From Macrostomum hystrix (Eukaryota; Animalia; Platyhelminthes), in the NCBI GenBank assembly GCA_950097015.1, contig CATNEN010000038.1, positions 27,528,001 to 27,592,000 on the forward strand: a DNA stretch of 64,000 nucleotides, written 5' to 3'. The notes under the pieces are model-generated. The model saw only the letters and a list, made by a program, of their open reading frames with translations. It searched no databases and had not been told where the DNA came from. Positions within the stretch are counted from its first letter, which is position 1; each line of letters starts with the position of its first letter. Of this stretch, positions 1 to 12,764 are shown piece after piece. A program made the position numbers and the translations under genes.

Positions 1-1460
1 TGTGTCTAACGGGTGGTGAGCGTGTCTAACGGGTGGTGAGTGTGTCTAACGGGTGGGTATTGTGTCTAACAGGTAGGGATTGTGTCTAACAGGTAGGGAT
101 TGTGTCTAACAGGTTGGGATTGTGTCTAACGGGTGGGGATTGTGTCTAACAGGTAGGGATTGTGTCTAACGGGTTGGTATTGTGTCTAACAGGTTGGGAT
201 TGTGTCTAACGGGTGGGAATTGTGTCTAACGGGTGGTGAGCGTGTCTAACGGGTGGTGAGTGTGTCTAACGGGTGGGTATTGTGTCTAACGGGTGGGGAT
301 TGTGGCTAACAGGTTAGGATTGTGTCTAACGGGTTGGATTGTGTCTAACAGGTTGGGATTGTGTCTAACAGGTTGGGATTGTGTCTAACAGGTGGGGATT
401 GTGTCTAACGGGTGGTGAGTGTGTCTAACGGGTGGGTATTGTGTCTAACAGGTGGTGAGTGTATCTAACGGGTTGTGAGTGTGTCTAACGGGTGGTGAGT
501 GTGTCTAACGGGTGGGTATTGTGTCTAACGGGTGGTGAGTGTGTCTAACGGGTGGTGAGTGTGTCTAACGGGTGGGTATTGTGTCTAACGGGTGGGTATT
601 GTGTCTAACGGGTGGTGAGTGTGTCTAACGGGTGGTGAGTGTGTCTAACGGGTGGTGAGTGTGTCTAACGGGTGGTGAGTGTGTCTAACGGGTGGTGAGT
701 GTGTCTAACGGGTGGTGAGTGTGTCTAACGGGTGGGAATTGGGTCTAACGGGTGGGAATTGTGTCTAACGGGTGGTGAGTGTGTCTAACGGGTGGGGATT
801 GTGTCTAACAGGTTGGGATTGTGTCTAACGGGTGGGGATTGTGTCTAACAGGTTAGAATTGTGTCTAACGGGTGGTGAGTGTGTCTAACGGGTGGTGAGT
901 GTGTCTAACGGGTGGGGATTGTGTCTAACGGGTGGCAATTGTGTCTAACGGGTGGGGATTGTGTCTAACAGGTTGGGATTGTGTCTAACGGGTGGGGATT
1001 GTGTCTAACGGGTGGCAATTGTGTCTAACGGGTGGGGATTGTGTCTAACAGGTTGGGATTGTGTCTAACGGGTGGGGATTGTGTCTAACAGGTTGGGATT
1101 GTGTCTAACGGGTGGTAAGTGTGTCTAACGGGTGTTGAGTGTGTCTAACGGGTGGGAATTGGGTCTAACGGGTGGGAATTGTGTCTAACGGGTGGTGAGT
1201 GTGTCTTACGGGTGGGGATTGTGTCTAACAGGTTGGGATTGTGTCTAACGGGTGGGGATTGTGTCTAACAGGTTAGAATTGTGTCTAACGGGTGGTGAGT
1301 GTGTCTAACGGGTGGTGAGTGTGTCTAACGGGTGGGGATTGTGTCTAACGGGTGGCAATTGTGTCTAACGGGTGGGGATTGTGTCTAACAGGTTGGGATT
1401 GTGTCTAACGGGTGGGGATTGTGTCTAACAGGTTGGGATTGTGTCTAACGGGTGGGGATT
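1..1460. repeat. 20-bp minisatellite (TTGTGTCTAACGGGTGGGGA-like, ~70 copies with variant units)
   Basis: Directly visible 20-bp periodicity with an invariant GTGTCTAAC(A/G)GGT core; lies in the presumed first intron of the NCS gene; truncated by the window start. Confidence 0.97.
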
Positions 1461-2634
1461 GTTGTCTGAAAAGTGATAGTGGACAGTCTAACGGGTGGAA
1501 ACTTGCTGTCTGAAAAGTGATAGTGGGCAGTCTAACGGGTGGAAACTTGCTGTCTGAAAAGTGACAGTGGGCAGTCAAACGGGTGGAAACTTGCTGTCTG
1601 AAAAGTGATAGTGGGCAGTCTAACGGGTGGAAACTTGCTGTCTGAAAAGTGACAGTGGGCAGTCTAACGGGTGGAAACTTGCTGTCTGAAAAGTGATAGT
1701 GGGCAGTCTAACGGGTGGAAACTTGCTGTCTGAAAAGTGATAGTGGGCAGTCTAACGGGTGGAAACTTGCTGTCTGAAAAGTGACAGTGGGCAGTCTAAC
1801 GGGTGGAAACTTGCTGTCTGAAAAGTGATAGTGGGCAGTCTAACGGGTGGAAACTTGCTGTCTGAAAAGTGATAGTGGGCAGTCTAACGGGTGGAAACTT
1901 GCTGTCTGAAAAGTGATAGTGGGCAGTCTAACGGTTGGAAACTTGCTGTCTGAAAAGTGATAGTGGGCAGCCTAACAGGTGGAAATTTGCTGTCTGAAAA
2001 GTGATAGTGGGCAGTCTAACGGGTGGAAACTTGCTGTCTGAAAAGTGACAGTGGGCAGTCTAACGGGTGGAAACTTGCTGTCTGAAAAGTGATAGTGGGC
2101 AGTCTAACGGGTGGAAACTTGCTGTCTGAAAAGTGACAGTGGGCAGTCTAACGGGTGGAAACTTGCTGTCTGAAAAGTGACAGTGGGCAGTCTAACGGGT
2201 GGAAACTTGCTGTCTGAAAAGTGACAGTGGGCAGTCTAACGGGTGGAAACTTGCTGTCTGAAAAGTGATAGTGGGCAGTCTAACGGGTGGAAACTTGCTG
2301 TCTGAAAAGTGATAGTGGGCAGTCTAACGGGTGGAAACTTGCTGTCTGAAAAGTGATAGTGGGCAGTCTAACGGTTGGAAACTTGCTGTCTGAAAAGTGA
2401 TAGTGGGCAGCCTAACAGGTGGAAATTTGCTGTCTGAAAAGTGATAGTGGGCAGTCTAACGGGTGGAAACTTGCTGTCTGAAAAGTGACAGTGGGCAGTC
2501 TAACGGTTGGAAACTTGCTGTCTGAAAAGTGACAGTGGGCAGCCTAACAGGTGGAAATTTGCTGTCTGAAAAGTGATAGTGGGCAGTCTAACGGGTGGAA
2601 ACTTGCTGTCTGAAAAGTGACAGTGGGCAGTCTA
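1461..2634. repeat. 44-bp minisatellite (GTCTAACGGGTGGAAACTTGCTGTCTGAAAAGTGATAGTGGGCA, ~27 copies)
   Basis: 44-bp period; the unit is two diverged 22-mers and shares the GTCTAACGGGTGG core with the adjacent 20-bp array. Confidence 0.95.
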
Positions 2635-2908
2635 AATAACGATTGTCTAACACAGCAGAATGTGGCATAACAAGTTTATGGTTTATAACCTCATCTTAAC
2701 ATTCGAATATCTATATAAAGGATTAGTCAAATGCCAAGGTAGTAAGTTTAACCGACTAGTGTAAAGCAAGTGAATGCAGACAATATCGCTTAGACAAGAA
2801 ATACTGTGCATTAGCACGGCATGCTTTTAGTAGATTGCCGACTTATAATTCAAGTTGGACAGTGGACCATTTTAAAAAAAGTATAGCGCCCAGCAGACTC
2901 CTTATATT

Positions 2909-3995
2909 TACTTCAGGGAAGTGAGACTTCAAGTAAGGGAAACTTCAAGGAAGTGAACCTTCAGGAAGTGAAACTTCAGGGAAGTGAAACTTCAGGGAAG
3001 TGAAACTTCAGGGAATTGAAACTTCAGGGAAGTGGGACTTCAGGTAAGGGAAACTTCAAGGAAGTGAAACTTCAGGGAAGTGAAACTTCAGGGAAGTGAA
3101 ACTTCAGGGAATTGAAACTTCAGGGAATTGAAACTTCAGGGAATTGAAACTTCAGGGAAGTGAAACTTCAGGGAAGTGAAACTTCAGGGAATTGAAACTT
3201 CAGGGAAGTGAAACTTCAGGGAACTGAAACTTCAGGGAAGTGAAACTTCAGGGAAGTGAAACTTCAGGGAAGTGAAACTTCAGGTAAGGGAAACTTCAGG
3301 GAAGTGAAACTTCAGGGAAGTGAAACTTCAGGGAATTGAAACTTCAGGGAAGTGAAACTTCAGGGAAGTGAAACTTCAGGGAAGTGAAACTTCAGGGAAG
3401 TGAAACTTCAGGGAATTGAAACTTCAGGGAAGTGAAACTTCAGGGAATTGAAACTTCAGGGAAGTGAAACTTCAGGGAACTGAAACTTCAGGGAAGTGAA
3501 ACTTCAGGGAAGTGAAACTTCAGGGAAGTGAAACTTCAGGTAAGGGAAACTTCAGGGAAGTGAAACTTCAGGGAAGTGAAACTTCAGGGAATTGAAACTT
3601 CAGGGAAGTGAAACTTCAGGGAAGTGAAACTTCAGGGAAGTGAAACTTCAGGGAAGTGAAACTTCAGGGAATTGAAACTTCAGGGAAGTGAAACTTCAGG
3701 TAAGGGAAACTTCAGGGAAGTGAAACTTCAGGGAAGTGAAACTTCAGTGAAGTGAAACTTCAGGGAAGTGAAACTTCAGGGAATTGAAACTTCAGGGAAG
3801 TGAGACTTCAGGTAAGGGAAACTTCAAGGAAGTGAACCTTCCTTGAAGTGAAACTTCAGGGAAGTGAAACTTCAGGGAAGTGAAACTTCAGGGAAGTGAA
3901 ACTTCAGGGAAGTGAAACTTCAGGGAAGTGAAACTTCAGGGAAGTGAAACTTCAGGGAAGTGAAACTTCAGGGAAGTGAAACTTCAGTGAAATGA
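2909..3995. repeat. 16-bp minisatellite (AAACTTCAGGGAAGTG)n
   Basis: Clear 16-bp periodicity, ~65 copies. Confidence 0.96.
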
Positions 3996-4685
3996 AATTA
4001 AGTTAAAAGTGAATATTCCGCAAGTAGCAGTCGAAAAAGCAGGTTTTTCTTACGCGCTGGCTTTCAGGGCATGCCAAATTGATTTCGTTGGAATCGGAAA
4101 AATTTCTGTGAAAAGTTTCGAATGAATATTCTTGACACAAAAGTGTTTAATGTACGCAAAAAGTATGCCACAACATGTGCCACAACTATGCTGACAACTG
4201 CCTGTCTGCATAGGAGCAGGTGCGCAAAGCTAGGCGCCCTACTAATTGCTGCTGCACTCGAGGCAGGGAAAACAGGTGGAAAGGATCGACTACTATATGC
4301 GCTTCTACGAGTATAAGAGACTTTGACAGGAGGGTTATATCGACTCAAATTTCGACTGAGTTCCTTGTGCGACACACGCCTTGCTTTTAACAGCCAGTAG
4401 TGTGCTTCAGATTCGCCTCATCACAATTCTCAATCTACTCGACTGGACATAATTTCATTATCAAAGGAAATCTTCTAGAATATTTTCCTATATTATAAGA
4501 TGCTTTATAGACAGCTGTCTGTTGCTGAGAACGCACCAACTGACACTAATCAGTGTTGCGAGTTTTTTATCGACTCTCAAGGGCGTCACATAAACAAGTA
4601 AAAACTGATTTTGTTGTCGCAAAGCAAGAACTGATTGCAGAACGTGCGAGTAGGCACTGTCACAAAGTTGCCAAAAATATGCGTC

Positions 4686-5450
4686 GAATCCCCTCAGTGG
4701 AATCTCCCTTCAGTGGAATCCCCCCTCAGTGGAATCCCCCTTCAGTTAAATCCCCCTCAGAATCCCCCTCAGTGGAATCCCTTCTTAGTGGAATCCCCCC
4801 TCAGTGGAATCCCCCCTCAGTGGAATCCCTCTCAGTGGAATCCCCCCTCAGTGGAATACCTCTCAGTGGAATCCCCCCTTCAGTTAAATCCCCTTCAGAA
4901 TCCCCCTCAGTGGAATCCCCCTCAGAGTTATCCCCCTTCAGTGGAATCCCTTCTTAGTGGAATCCCCCCTCAGTGGAATCCACCCTCAATGGAATCCCCC
5001 CTCAGTGGAATCCCCCCTCAGTGGAATATCCCTTCAGTTAAATCCCCCTCAGAATCCCCCTCGGTGGAATCCCCCTCAAAGGAATCCCCCTTCAGTGGAA
5101 TCCCTTCTCAGTGGAATCCCCCCTCAGTGGAATCCCCCTCAGTGGAATCCGCCTCAGAGGAATCCCCCTTCAGTGGAATCCCTTCTCAGTGGAATCCCCC
5201 CTCAGTGGAATCCCTCTAAGTGGAATACGCCTCAGTGGAATCCCCCTTCAGTGAAATCCCCAACAGAGGCATCCCTTCTCAGTGGAATCCCCTCATTGAA
5301 ATCCCCCTCAGTGGAATTCCCCAAGATAAATCCTCCTAGTGGAATTCTTTAAGTGGAATCCTTCTCAGTGGAATCCCTTTAGGGGAATGTCCTTAAATGG
5401 AAGTACTCTCAGTGGAATCCCACTTTAGCGGAATCCCCACATGCGGAATC
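4686..5450. repeat. degenerate (CTCAGTGGAATCCCC)n minisatellite, 14-17-bp units
   Basis: Recurrent AGTGGAATCCC core; accounts for the repetitive ORFs at 4553-5352. Confidence 0.93.
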
Positions 5451-5517
5451 AGATTTACCTAATCACAATGTTGGTTTGCTAAGCTACATATCGGATTTAC
5501 CCAATCACATTATACAG

Positions 5518-6538
5518 CGTGACTGCCCCTCTGGCCAGCTGAGCAAGAAGAAGTTCATTGAAGTATACTCTGGCTTCTTTCCCGATGGCAATGCTGAGGA
5601 ATTCTGTACGCATGTCTTTCGAACCTTCGATAAGGACAACTCGGGCAAGATAGACTTCAAGGAGTTCCTGCTGGCGATTAACATTACTTCGGGTGGCAAG
5701 CCGCAAGAGAAGCTGGAGTGGGCCTTCCAGATGTATGACATCGACGGCAATGGCAGGATTGAGAAGGCCGAGATGGTTGAAATCATCAAGGTGATTAAAA
5801 AAATAATTTTCTGGCTTTCGGTATGACAAGTGAGGCGGGTGAGAGCTGAAGAAATTTGGACTTGAGCTAGAGTGAGGTGTTGTGAGCTGAAGCTTCAGCT
5901 GAGGTGTGTTTGAGCTGGAGTCGAAGTGGGGAATGAGTTGGGTGTAAGCTGGAATGAGGTGGGTGTAAGCTGGGGTGAGGTGGATGTAAGCTGGAATTAG
6001 GTGGGTGCAAGCTGGACTGAGGTGGGTGTAAGTAGAATGTGAGTTAAGTGTAACCTAAAGTGAGGTGGGTGTAAGCTGGAGTGAGGTGGGTGTAAGCTGG
6101 AGTGAGGTGGGTGTAAGCTGGAGTGAGGTGGGTGTAAGCTGGAGTGAGGTGGGTGTAAGCAGGAGTGGGGAGGGTATAAGCTGGAGTGATGTGGGTGTAA
6201 ACAGGAGTGGGGAGGGTGAAAGCTGGAGTGGGGCTGCATGAACACAGTGTCATGAGATGTCGTACAGGACAGCAGAAAGAGCCACTGAAAGAACCCATGC
6301 TCTGCTCTGCACAACACTGTCTCAGGCAATCTACAGCATGCTGGGCGCCGACGAGTCCAACATCGACATGAGCCCGGAGGCGCGAACCCAGGAGATTTTC
6401 GACAAGATGGACAGCAACCGCGACGGTGTGCTCAGCCGCGACGAGTTCATGCAGGGCTGCATGGCTGACAGGCAGCTATACTCCATGCTGCTGGCTGACG
6501 AGTCCGGAGCAGAGGGTCCGGCTCAGCAGGCCCGCTGA
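5518..6538 (+). CDS. neuronal calcium sensor / neurocalcin-hippocalcin family EF-hand protein, last two coding exons (5518-5790, 6326-6538); first exon not found, probably upstream of the window
   Basis: RDCPSGQL...[67 protein letters not shown]; acceptor AG ends at 5517, donor GT at 5791, acceptor AG ends at 6325, all phase 0. Confidence 0.93.
5930..6232. repeat. 21-bp intronic minisatellite (GAGGTGGGTGTAAGCTGGAGT)n
   Basis: 21-bp periodicity inside the NCS intron. Confidence 0.9.
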
Positions 6539-8415
6539 GGTGGCGCAGCTAGTCCACGCCAGGTGATTAACAGTACATGCAGACTAGAATGGCATACATT
6601 GAACAGCAACAGCTTATTCGAGTCGAATGCATATGGATTACGCACCCTGTATCCTTTAAGAAATTAACGGCAGACGAGTTGTGAGTCTACAAAATGTACA
6701 CACGATCAAATGAAAGGAGCATTAAAGATTCTACATCATAATAAAAATTTACTAGTGTATATTTAATTTATATAGTGCGATTAAATTTTTTTCGATAAAT
6801 AATTTATCGATGTACTTGGATTGTTCTGAATTGTCGCGCAATATTTAATCAGTCTCACACTTTTTCCTCGACATATAGCTGATTTTCCTTTAAGTCAGAA
6901 ATTTTGTGCTTATTTTTTCTTTAATTATCTTTGTCGTTGTAACACAACGTTAATTTAACAAACATTTTCGAGTACCTTGGTTCTGTGTTCTGTTCGATCT
7001 GTTTAAACGGCTTGAAATTTTGTGACACGACAAAAACACAACGCGGGTCTCTATTTTTCTTTTCTAGATAGATTAAAAATTGCGTGTGTGTGTGTAAACT
7101 GTGCATTATGTACGTAGTCCATCTGAGAATGGATCCATGGAAAACTGTCTATACATTTAATTCACATAACATCTAATATGGCTTGATGAAAAAGTATCTG
7201 GATATCGATATTAAACCAGACTAAGACACCAACCATTTATTAAAAATGAAGCGAAATATACAGTTTTTATCAGTAAAACCAAGCAATCAACTTACAATTT
7301 TAATTACCCAATTACCAATAAATGTTTATTCTCAGATATTTAAAACCTTAAACAAAAAATAGGTGACGATAATTGACAAGGACTGTGACGTAACAAGATT
7401 TTCTAAATTAAATTCTAACAAACTTTTAATACATTTAATGCATAGCTATGTTTTAGGTATTTTTATGGATCAATTGGCGTTTCATCTTCAATATATAAAA
7501 AGTCTTGTTATATAAGAGTACATGTATTGCACTCAGCTTGAATATTATAATACAAAAACTAATTAACTAAAATAAACTAAAATACAAAAATTAAAATTAA
7601 CTTAAAGCAATTCAAAAATTTTTTTAAAACAGCGTACGGCTACTTATAATAAACATGCTTCACTAGTCACGTTTTGTTCTGTCTTGCATTACTTAAAATG
7701 CTTGTTAAGAGCTCATAAGGATTTATTTTTAAATCGGTTTTTTGTTGGATACTTTCGAGTACATCATTTTGATTTTTAAACGTATAGCTATGCCTAGCTA
7801 TATATTAGAAATAGTTAAATATTGGGGTTCTTGATAGGCATGTATTAAGTTTTAAGAAAGTGAGAAAAACGGAAATGTTTTACTTAAGTTCGATTTTTTT
7901 AACCACATCGAAACATAACTATTACGATAAGGCAATCCGAACAAAATATATACTAAGATACCATACGAGACCATACTAATACAGTATTAAGGCGCAAGAC
8001 CTTTTTAACAGATGGAAATGGCAGCGAAGATAGTGGGGCTGCATTGCGCGTATTTATATATTCTGAACAGAAGCGCGGGATAGAGATTGAGGGGCCAGAG
8101 AGGTGCGACAATTTGCAAACCCCCCGGCTTAGCGGGTCGGCTGGCTGGGTGCAAATGCACTGGTCGCGTATTGTCCGGCCGCCAGACAATTGTCTGGCCG
8201 TTTATTTACAATAAAAATATATCGGAAAATTACTGTTTCCAGTTTTGGTTTTAAATTTAGTTACTTCATAACTTTTATCCCTTAGTGAATAAAATTCGAC
8301 AAAAGTATAGTTAGGGAAGCTGATAGGGTGATGATAACTGTACTACTATCAGTTAACTTGTACTGCTATTATAATTGAAGTTGAGTCTTCGCAGCAAGAG
8401 ACCGTCTTCGCAGAA

Positions 8416-8710
8416 AGAGGTTGTAGCCTAGTGGTTAGGGCGTCGGACTCACGACTTGGAGGTGGGGGGTTCGATTCCCGACTCAACTGAAACAATCTGT
8501 GTCCTTTAGCAAAACACTCAACTCTGCATTGCTTCAGTTCACCCAGCTGTTAAATGGCTACCAGCATTAGCTGGGATAATTGAAGGTGGGGTCCCCCCAG
8601 TCCATGGACAGCTGTACGCAGTCATCAGATGCGCCGCGCAATAGCTGCGGCTGTGCTGTCGGCTGTACATCTGGCCCCATTGGGACAGATGTAATCAACT
8701 ATTATTATTT
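8416..8710 (+). mobile_element. tRNA-derived CORE-type SINE (family A), full length
   Basis: tRNA-like head (GTAGCCTAGTGG A box, GGTTCGATTCC B box), CORE-like CCTTTAGCAAAACACTCAACTC...CAGTTCACCCAGCTGTTAAATGG, (ATT)n tail; closely similar copies at 37565 and 62345. Confidence 0.88.
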
Positions 8711-8765
8711 CATTAATTATTAATTAACTAATTATTAAAAGCAAAATTTTAGTCCTTCAGCCGCA

Positions 8766-9817
8766 CTACTGCAGGTCAGCCAGATCAGTCTCACCATCCA
8801 GTGGGTAAAGTTCAGAGAAGCGAGGCGGCGGCATTCGGCGCTGCCACTCCTGAGCACAATCCCAGTGCATGTACGCTGAGTAGGATGGCGGCTGCTCAAT
8901 TGATTGAGTCCGCTTCCAACGGATGAGCACAGTTTGTCCCTGCTGCTGATGCTGCTGCTGCTGCTGCGGCGGACTTTTCACCGTCGTTTGCGAATTCATC
9001 AGGACAACAGTTAAGACTCCAAGGATCATTAAAATTGATGCGGAGGCCACTAAAATAATTGATAATGTTTGAGTAGTCAGAAACCAGTCGTCCAGATTGA
9101 TGACCGAATGCTGAGTAGCAACTGTCTCAGGTGCTGGCAGTCTTGTCTCAATTGTATCTGTTGTCGAGGAATTCAACTGCAGTAGAACACTGGCTGAAAA
9201 GTACAGACTGTCGCTCACGTTCAGAAGTCTCTTGTGGCGCTGTCTAACCCTGCCAGTGCAGACGTATCGACCAACCAGCTGCGGCAGCATCTGATAGATT
9301 GTCAGCCGGATCACGTGATAGGCTGGTCGGTCAACTGACACGGAAGCAGCAGCTAAGAGATTAGACTCTCTGCATATGGGGGGTAGTAGGAATCATTAAT
9401 AGATCAGATGAGCAGCAGACAGCACAGCTGCAGTTACTGCGCGGCGTACAGCTGTTCAGTGCATGGAATGGGGGGACGCCACACCCACCATCAATACGCA
9501 TTGTTATCGCGGAGTCTGGAATCTGTAGCCACCTAGAGTAGCAGCCGACGCAGCACACACTCACACAGGTGTGTACATCTGCTCTGAATTTTTTATCGTC
9601 AGACAGTGTACACGACTATCGACAGTGCAATCAAGCAAATAGCTAAACCTCACCTTCCAGCCTCGACGTGCAGTCTCCAACGAACCGAGTCTGGCAACAC
9701 TAGCGATATGTTCACGAGGCACAGTAGTCTGAATGCATCTCCTAGTGGGACCGTGTGAACGCTGCCAGACGGCCTGATGTCTATGGCAGCCAAAGTGGCT
9801 GGCAACTGGTCAAGCAT
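8766..9817 (-). CDS. single Ig-domain, single-pass membrane protein with PPxY tail; exons ~9817/9805-9654, 9532-9489, 9352-8766; 5' end uncertain
   Basis: Spliced frame gives FRLLCLV..VRWRL..RWLQIPDS..IRLTIYQMLPQLVGRYVC (Ig C-W-L-YxC pattern), a TM segment IILVASASILMILGVLTVVLM and cytoplasmic PPSY; the 44-nt middle exon reconciles a phase-2 donor with a phase-1 acceptor. Confidence 0.7.
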
Positions 9818-9977
9818 TGTGAAAGTAGGGCTACGAGTATGCCGATTGTTGAGAATGAATATGCCTTTAATAATAAATGAAATGACCAGCTGTGATTGGC
9901 TGTGGGTCTTGCTCAGTCGAGCCAATGCCAGTCGTTTTTTAACTCCAACCAGCAAGACCACACTAATTTTCCCCCCT

Positions 9978-10323
9978 TTGCGATGAACTAATTTTCAAAG
10001 ACATTGAAGTCAACATCATCGAGATATTCAGCGAATATTTTTGTGAATGACCTTCGTGAAAAGACCCTGGTGACAAGAACAAGCAATTACATTGCTCTGT
10101 ATAAACTTCTTTGGCGAGTCCATGTTGGTTCAAAAATGAAAAAAATTAACAATTTAATCAATCTAAAATACTCAACAATAATAGCCGACATAGTTACATG
10201 ATGAAGTTTTGTGAGCTGAAAAATATTCAATATTTGTGGTTCTTGCTACGAGACACTCTGACTAGAATCGTTGAATATCTCGACGATGGCGACGTTGAGT
10301 GATTCTTGAAGTTGTTTCCTCGG
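9978..10323. mobile_element. degenerate inverted-repeat (MITE-like) element
   Basis: CATCATCGAGATATTCAGCGA (~10014) is the inverse of TCGTTGAATATCTCGACGATG (~10268); the same motif recurs at ~16850 and ~40064. Confidence 0.5.
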
Positions 10324-10328
10324 TTGAT

Positions 10329-10699
10329 AAGGGCGGTCGGTGGCAGAGCGGTTATCGCGTTTGCCTCTCGCACCAAGGTCCCTAAGTTCGATTCCACGGC
10401 GAGGCCACATTTATTTGGGCACAGCAGCGGAGAGAAGGCTTGGGGGCTTGTCGTGCAATTCACGCCCTTGTGGACCAACCTCCAAGGCACAGTGAAATGA
10501 ACACTGCCTGACGATGAGAAAGTCAGGGCAGATGTACACACCTGTGTGACGTTTGCCTCCGTACAGTATCTGTTTGCGTGTGTGCTCAGGAGTCAGCGAA
10601 ATAGGCAGAATTGCCTCCTCACTGGCTGCGGGTCTAGTGTCACCAAATGATGTACCATTGCCCGCAGCCCTCCTGCAATTATAATTATTATTAATATTA
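10329..10699 (+). mobile_element. tRNA-derived SINE (family B), full length with 13-bp TSD
   Basis: GTGGCAGAGCGG A box, GTTCGATTCC B box, (ATT)n tail; TTCCTCGGTTGAT duplicated at 10316-10328 and 10700-10712; about a dozen related copies in the window. Confidence 0.9.
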
Positions 10700-11453
10700 T
10701 TCCTCGGTTGATTGAATTTTTGAAAAACCCAGTGATGTTTCTACTTGGAAAGGCGATGAATACGCGATGAATATGTTGAGTACCGTAGAAACCATGTGAC
10801 TGCAGGGCCTTTAGACTGCGCAAAATAATTGAAATGTGAGTCATTGTTCCGAAGAAAAACGATTCGAAACAAAGTTTGAAGATGAGTAAAGATGCTGAGC
10901 AAGAATGATACTGAAGATAGTTGAAGTTGGGAATTAGAGTGAGAATATCACTGAATGAGATCATCTTTCTCATCTGTGAGTCAGCGGCATGCATTGTTTG
11001 ATGCTGCATTTGGAGCATATTGACTAAATGGCACATTGGGCGAGGTCAAGCCAATTTATCAGGCATGAGAGACAGTTTAAGTGTAGCTAGAAAATCCCAA
11101 AAAGAAAAGAATTACAGGCTCCAATTCTTGTTTCATTCCAGTCTTGAGCCGGCGGAGCGTGGGAATATACTAAATATTCCGTTCTCCAAATTGCAGCCTA
11201 AAATAGATAGCACAGAAGCGATTGATAACACCAAGGCTTAGCCTCATGAGTCATGGACAATTTCTGCAGTTTTTGATTGCTATTTTGCCTCATGATAGAT
11301 GAGTCAGTGAGTCACCCGAACTGATTAACTGACTCGAGGAGCTAGCCAGTTTGAGCAGATTCTCAAATAAAATAACAATCAACTCAAATGTTAAAAAATA
11401 GGATAAAAGAAATGATTAATTTAAATAAATAGATCGACAGATATTATACAGCT

Positions 11454-11735
11454 ATTCAGTCAGTCCATGGACTGGTGAGGCCTCTACATGCACACAATTC
11501 TACCTCAGCTCCTGCTGGCACCAATTTAACAGCTGGGTGAACTGAAGTAGCTTTCCCTTGTCTGAATTTCTATTTTCTGCTTACATATTCTACCTTATAA
11601 ATATAAATAATTTATTATAAAAATTGATTACACCTGCCCCAATAGGGCCAGATGTGCAGCCGACAGCACAGCCGCAGCTGTTGCGCGGCGCATCTGAAGG
11701 CTGCTTACGGCTGTTCAGTCCATGGACCCAGCCTT
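11454..11735 (-). mobile_element. two SINE family A fragments (about 11454-11550 and 11625-11735)
   Basis: Reverse-complement similarity to the SINE A body and 3' end. Confidence 0.7.
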
Positions 11736-12295
11736 CGATCAAGCTACCAATAGGCAAATTATAAAGTGCATTGCTAATGGAAATAGCTTTTTCCAGGAAT
11801 CGAACCACTGACCAATTTGTGATTTGTCACTCTAAACACTGGGCTACACGCTTAAATGTTTTGCCTTATTACGAACTACTTCATAAACAAAACCTTGACA
11901 AATTATGATGTATAACAGTGCATTTTAGTTTTAGTTTCATTTCTTTGTAAATATGTTTTCTATAAAATGCGTAAAATATATAAAAATTAAAAGCGCGCCA
12001 AAAAACAATTTGTTTAACTTTTTACCGTAACGAAAATAATACTGTATATAAATATTTTGTTTTAATTTGTACCTTATGCACAATTATGTAAAATGTTTCA
12101 ATTTAAACTAACGCTAAGTTTTACTGTATATATATAGCTGCAATTTTTGACCAAGAAAATAAAGTTGTAAGTTGAAAGTTGTAAGTTGAAAGTTGTAAGT
12201 TAAGTGTTAAGTGTTAAGTGTGTGTTTTAAAGCAAATTTCGAAGTTTGAAGTGTTACATTGTGTTATTCATTTTAAAAGAAGATAGTAGTGAGAA

Positions 12296-12450
12296 ATATA
12301 CTCAGAACCATACTCAGAACTATACTCAGAACTATACTCAGAACTATACTCAGAACTATACTCAGAACCATACTCAGAACTATACTCAGAACTATACTAA
12401 GAATTATACTCAGAACTATACTAAGAATTATACTCAGAATTATACTATAA
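12296..12450. repeat. 12-bp tandem repeat (TATACTCAGAAC)n
   Basis: About 12 copies. Confidence 0.92.
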
Positions 12451-12764
12451 GAATATTACAAAAGGGAAACTGCTAAACTCTAATCTCGGGGACGCCTAAT
12501 TGACTGGAGACGCATACAGTTGCCTAAATACCGCTCGTGCAAATTCATACGCTACCATTTGAAAAGTTAAAACGGCCCATTTAAGGACCGCAAGTTAAAT
12601 ATCTATTAAATTAAGGCAACAGCGGTGGGATCTTAATTAATAATTTTGCCCTGCAACAACTTTGGTGGCATCATTGGGATAAATACATAACAAAGAAATT
12701 AGGCCTACAACAGATGCAAAAAAGTTTTCATTGTCATCTATTCACAATTTGCAACTAAATATAG

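Noticed and set aside
1-3995. CRISPR-like or telomeric arrays
   Set aside because: No unique spacers, no cas genes and no TTAGGG; ordinary eukaryotic minisatellites
2909-3995. Repeat unit contains GGAAGTGAAA (Ets-IRF-like); other arrays contain kB-like GGAAT(T)CCC
   Set aside because: Short motifs in amplified repeats with no evidence of regulatory use
4553-5352. Pro/Ser-rich ORFs (also 14657-15631, 26520-26798, 27966-28428, 5997-6329, 12246-12476)
   Set aside because: Translations of tandem repeats, often open in several frames, within introns or intergenic DNA
8416-8490. tRNA gene (also at 37565, 62345 and the SINE B/C heads)
   Set aside because: A and B boxes are present, but each continues into a shared ~300-bp body with a simple-repeat tail; these are SINE heads
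10505-10532. Hammerhead-like CTGACGA...GAAA in SINE B
   Set aside because: No room for stem II; the bases form a simple hairpin (CCTGAC/GTCAGG) and GAGAAA is not conserved between copies
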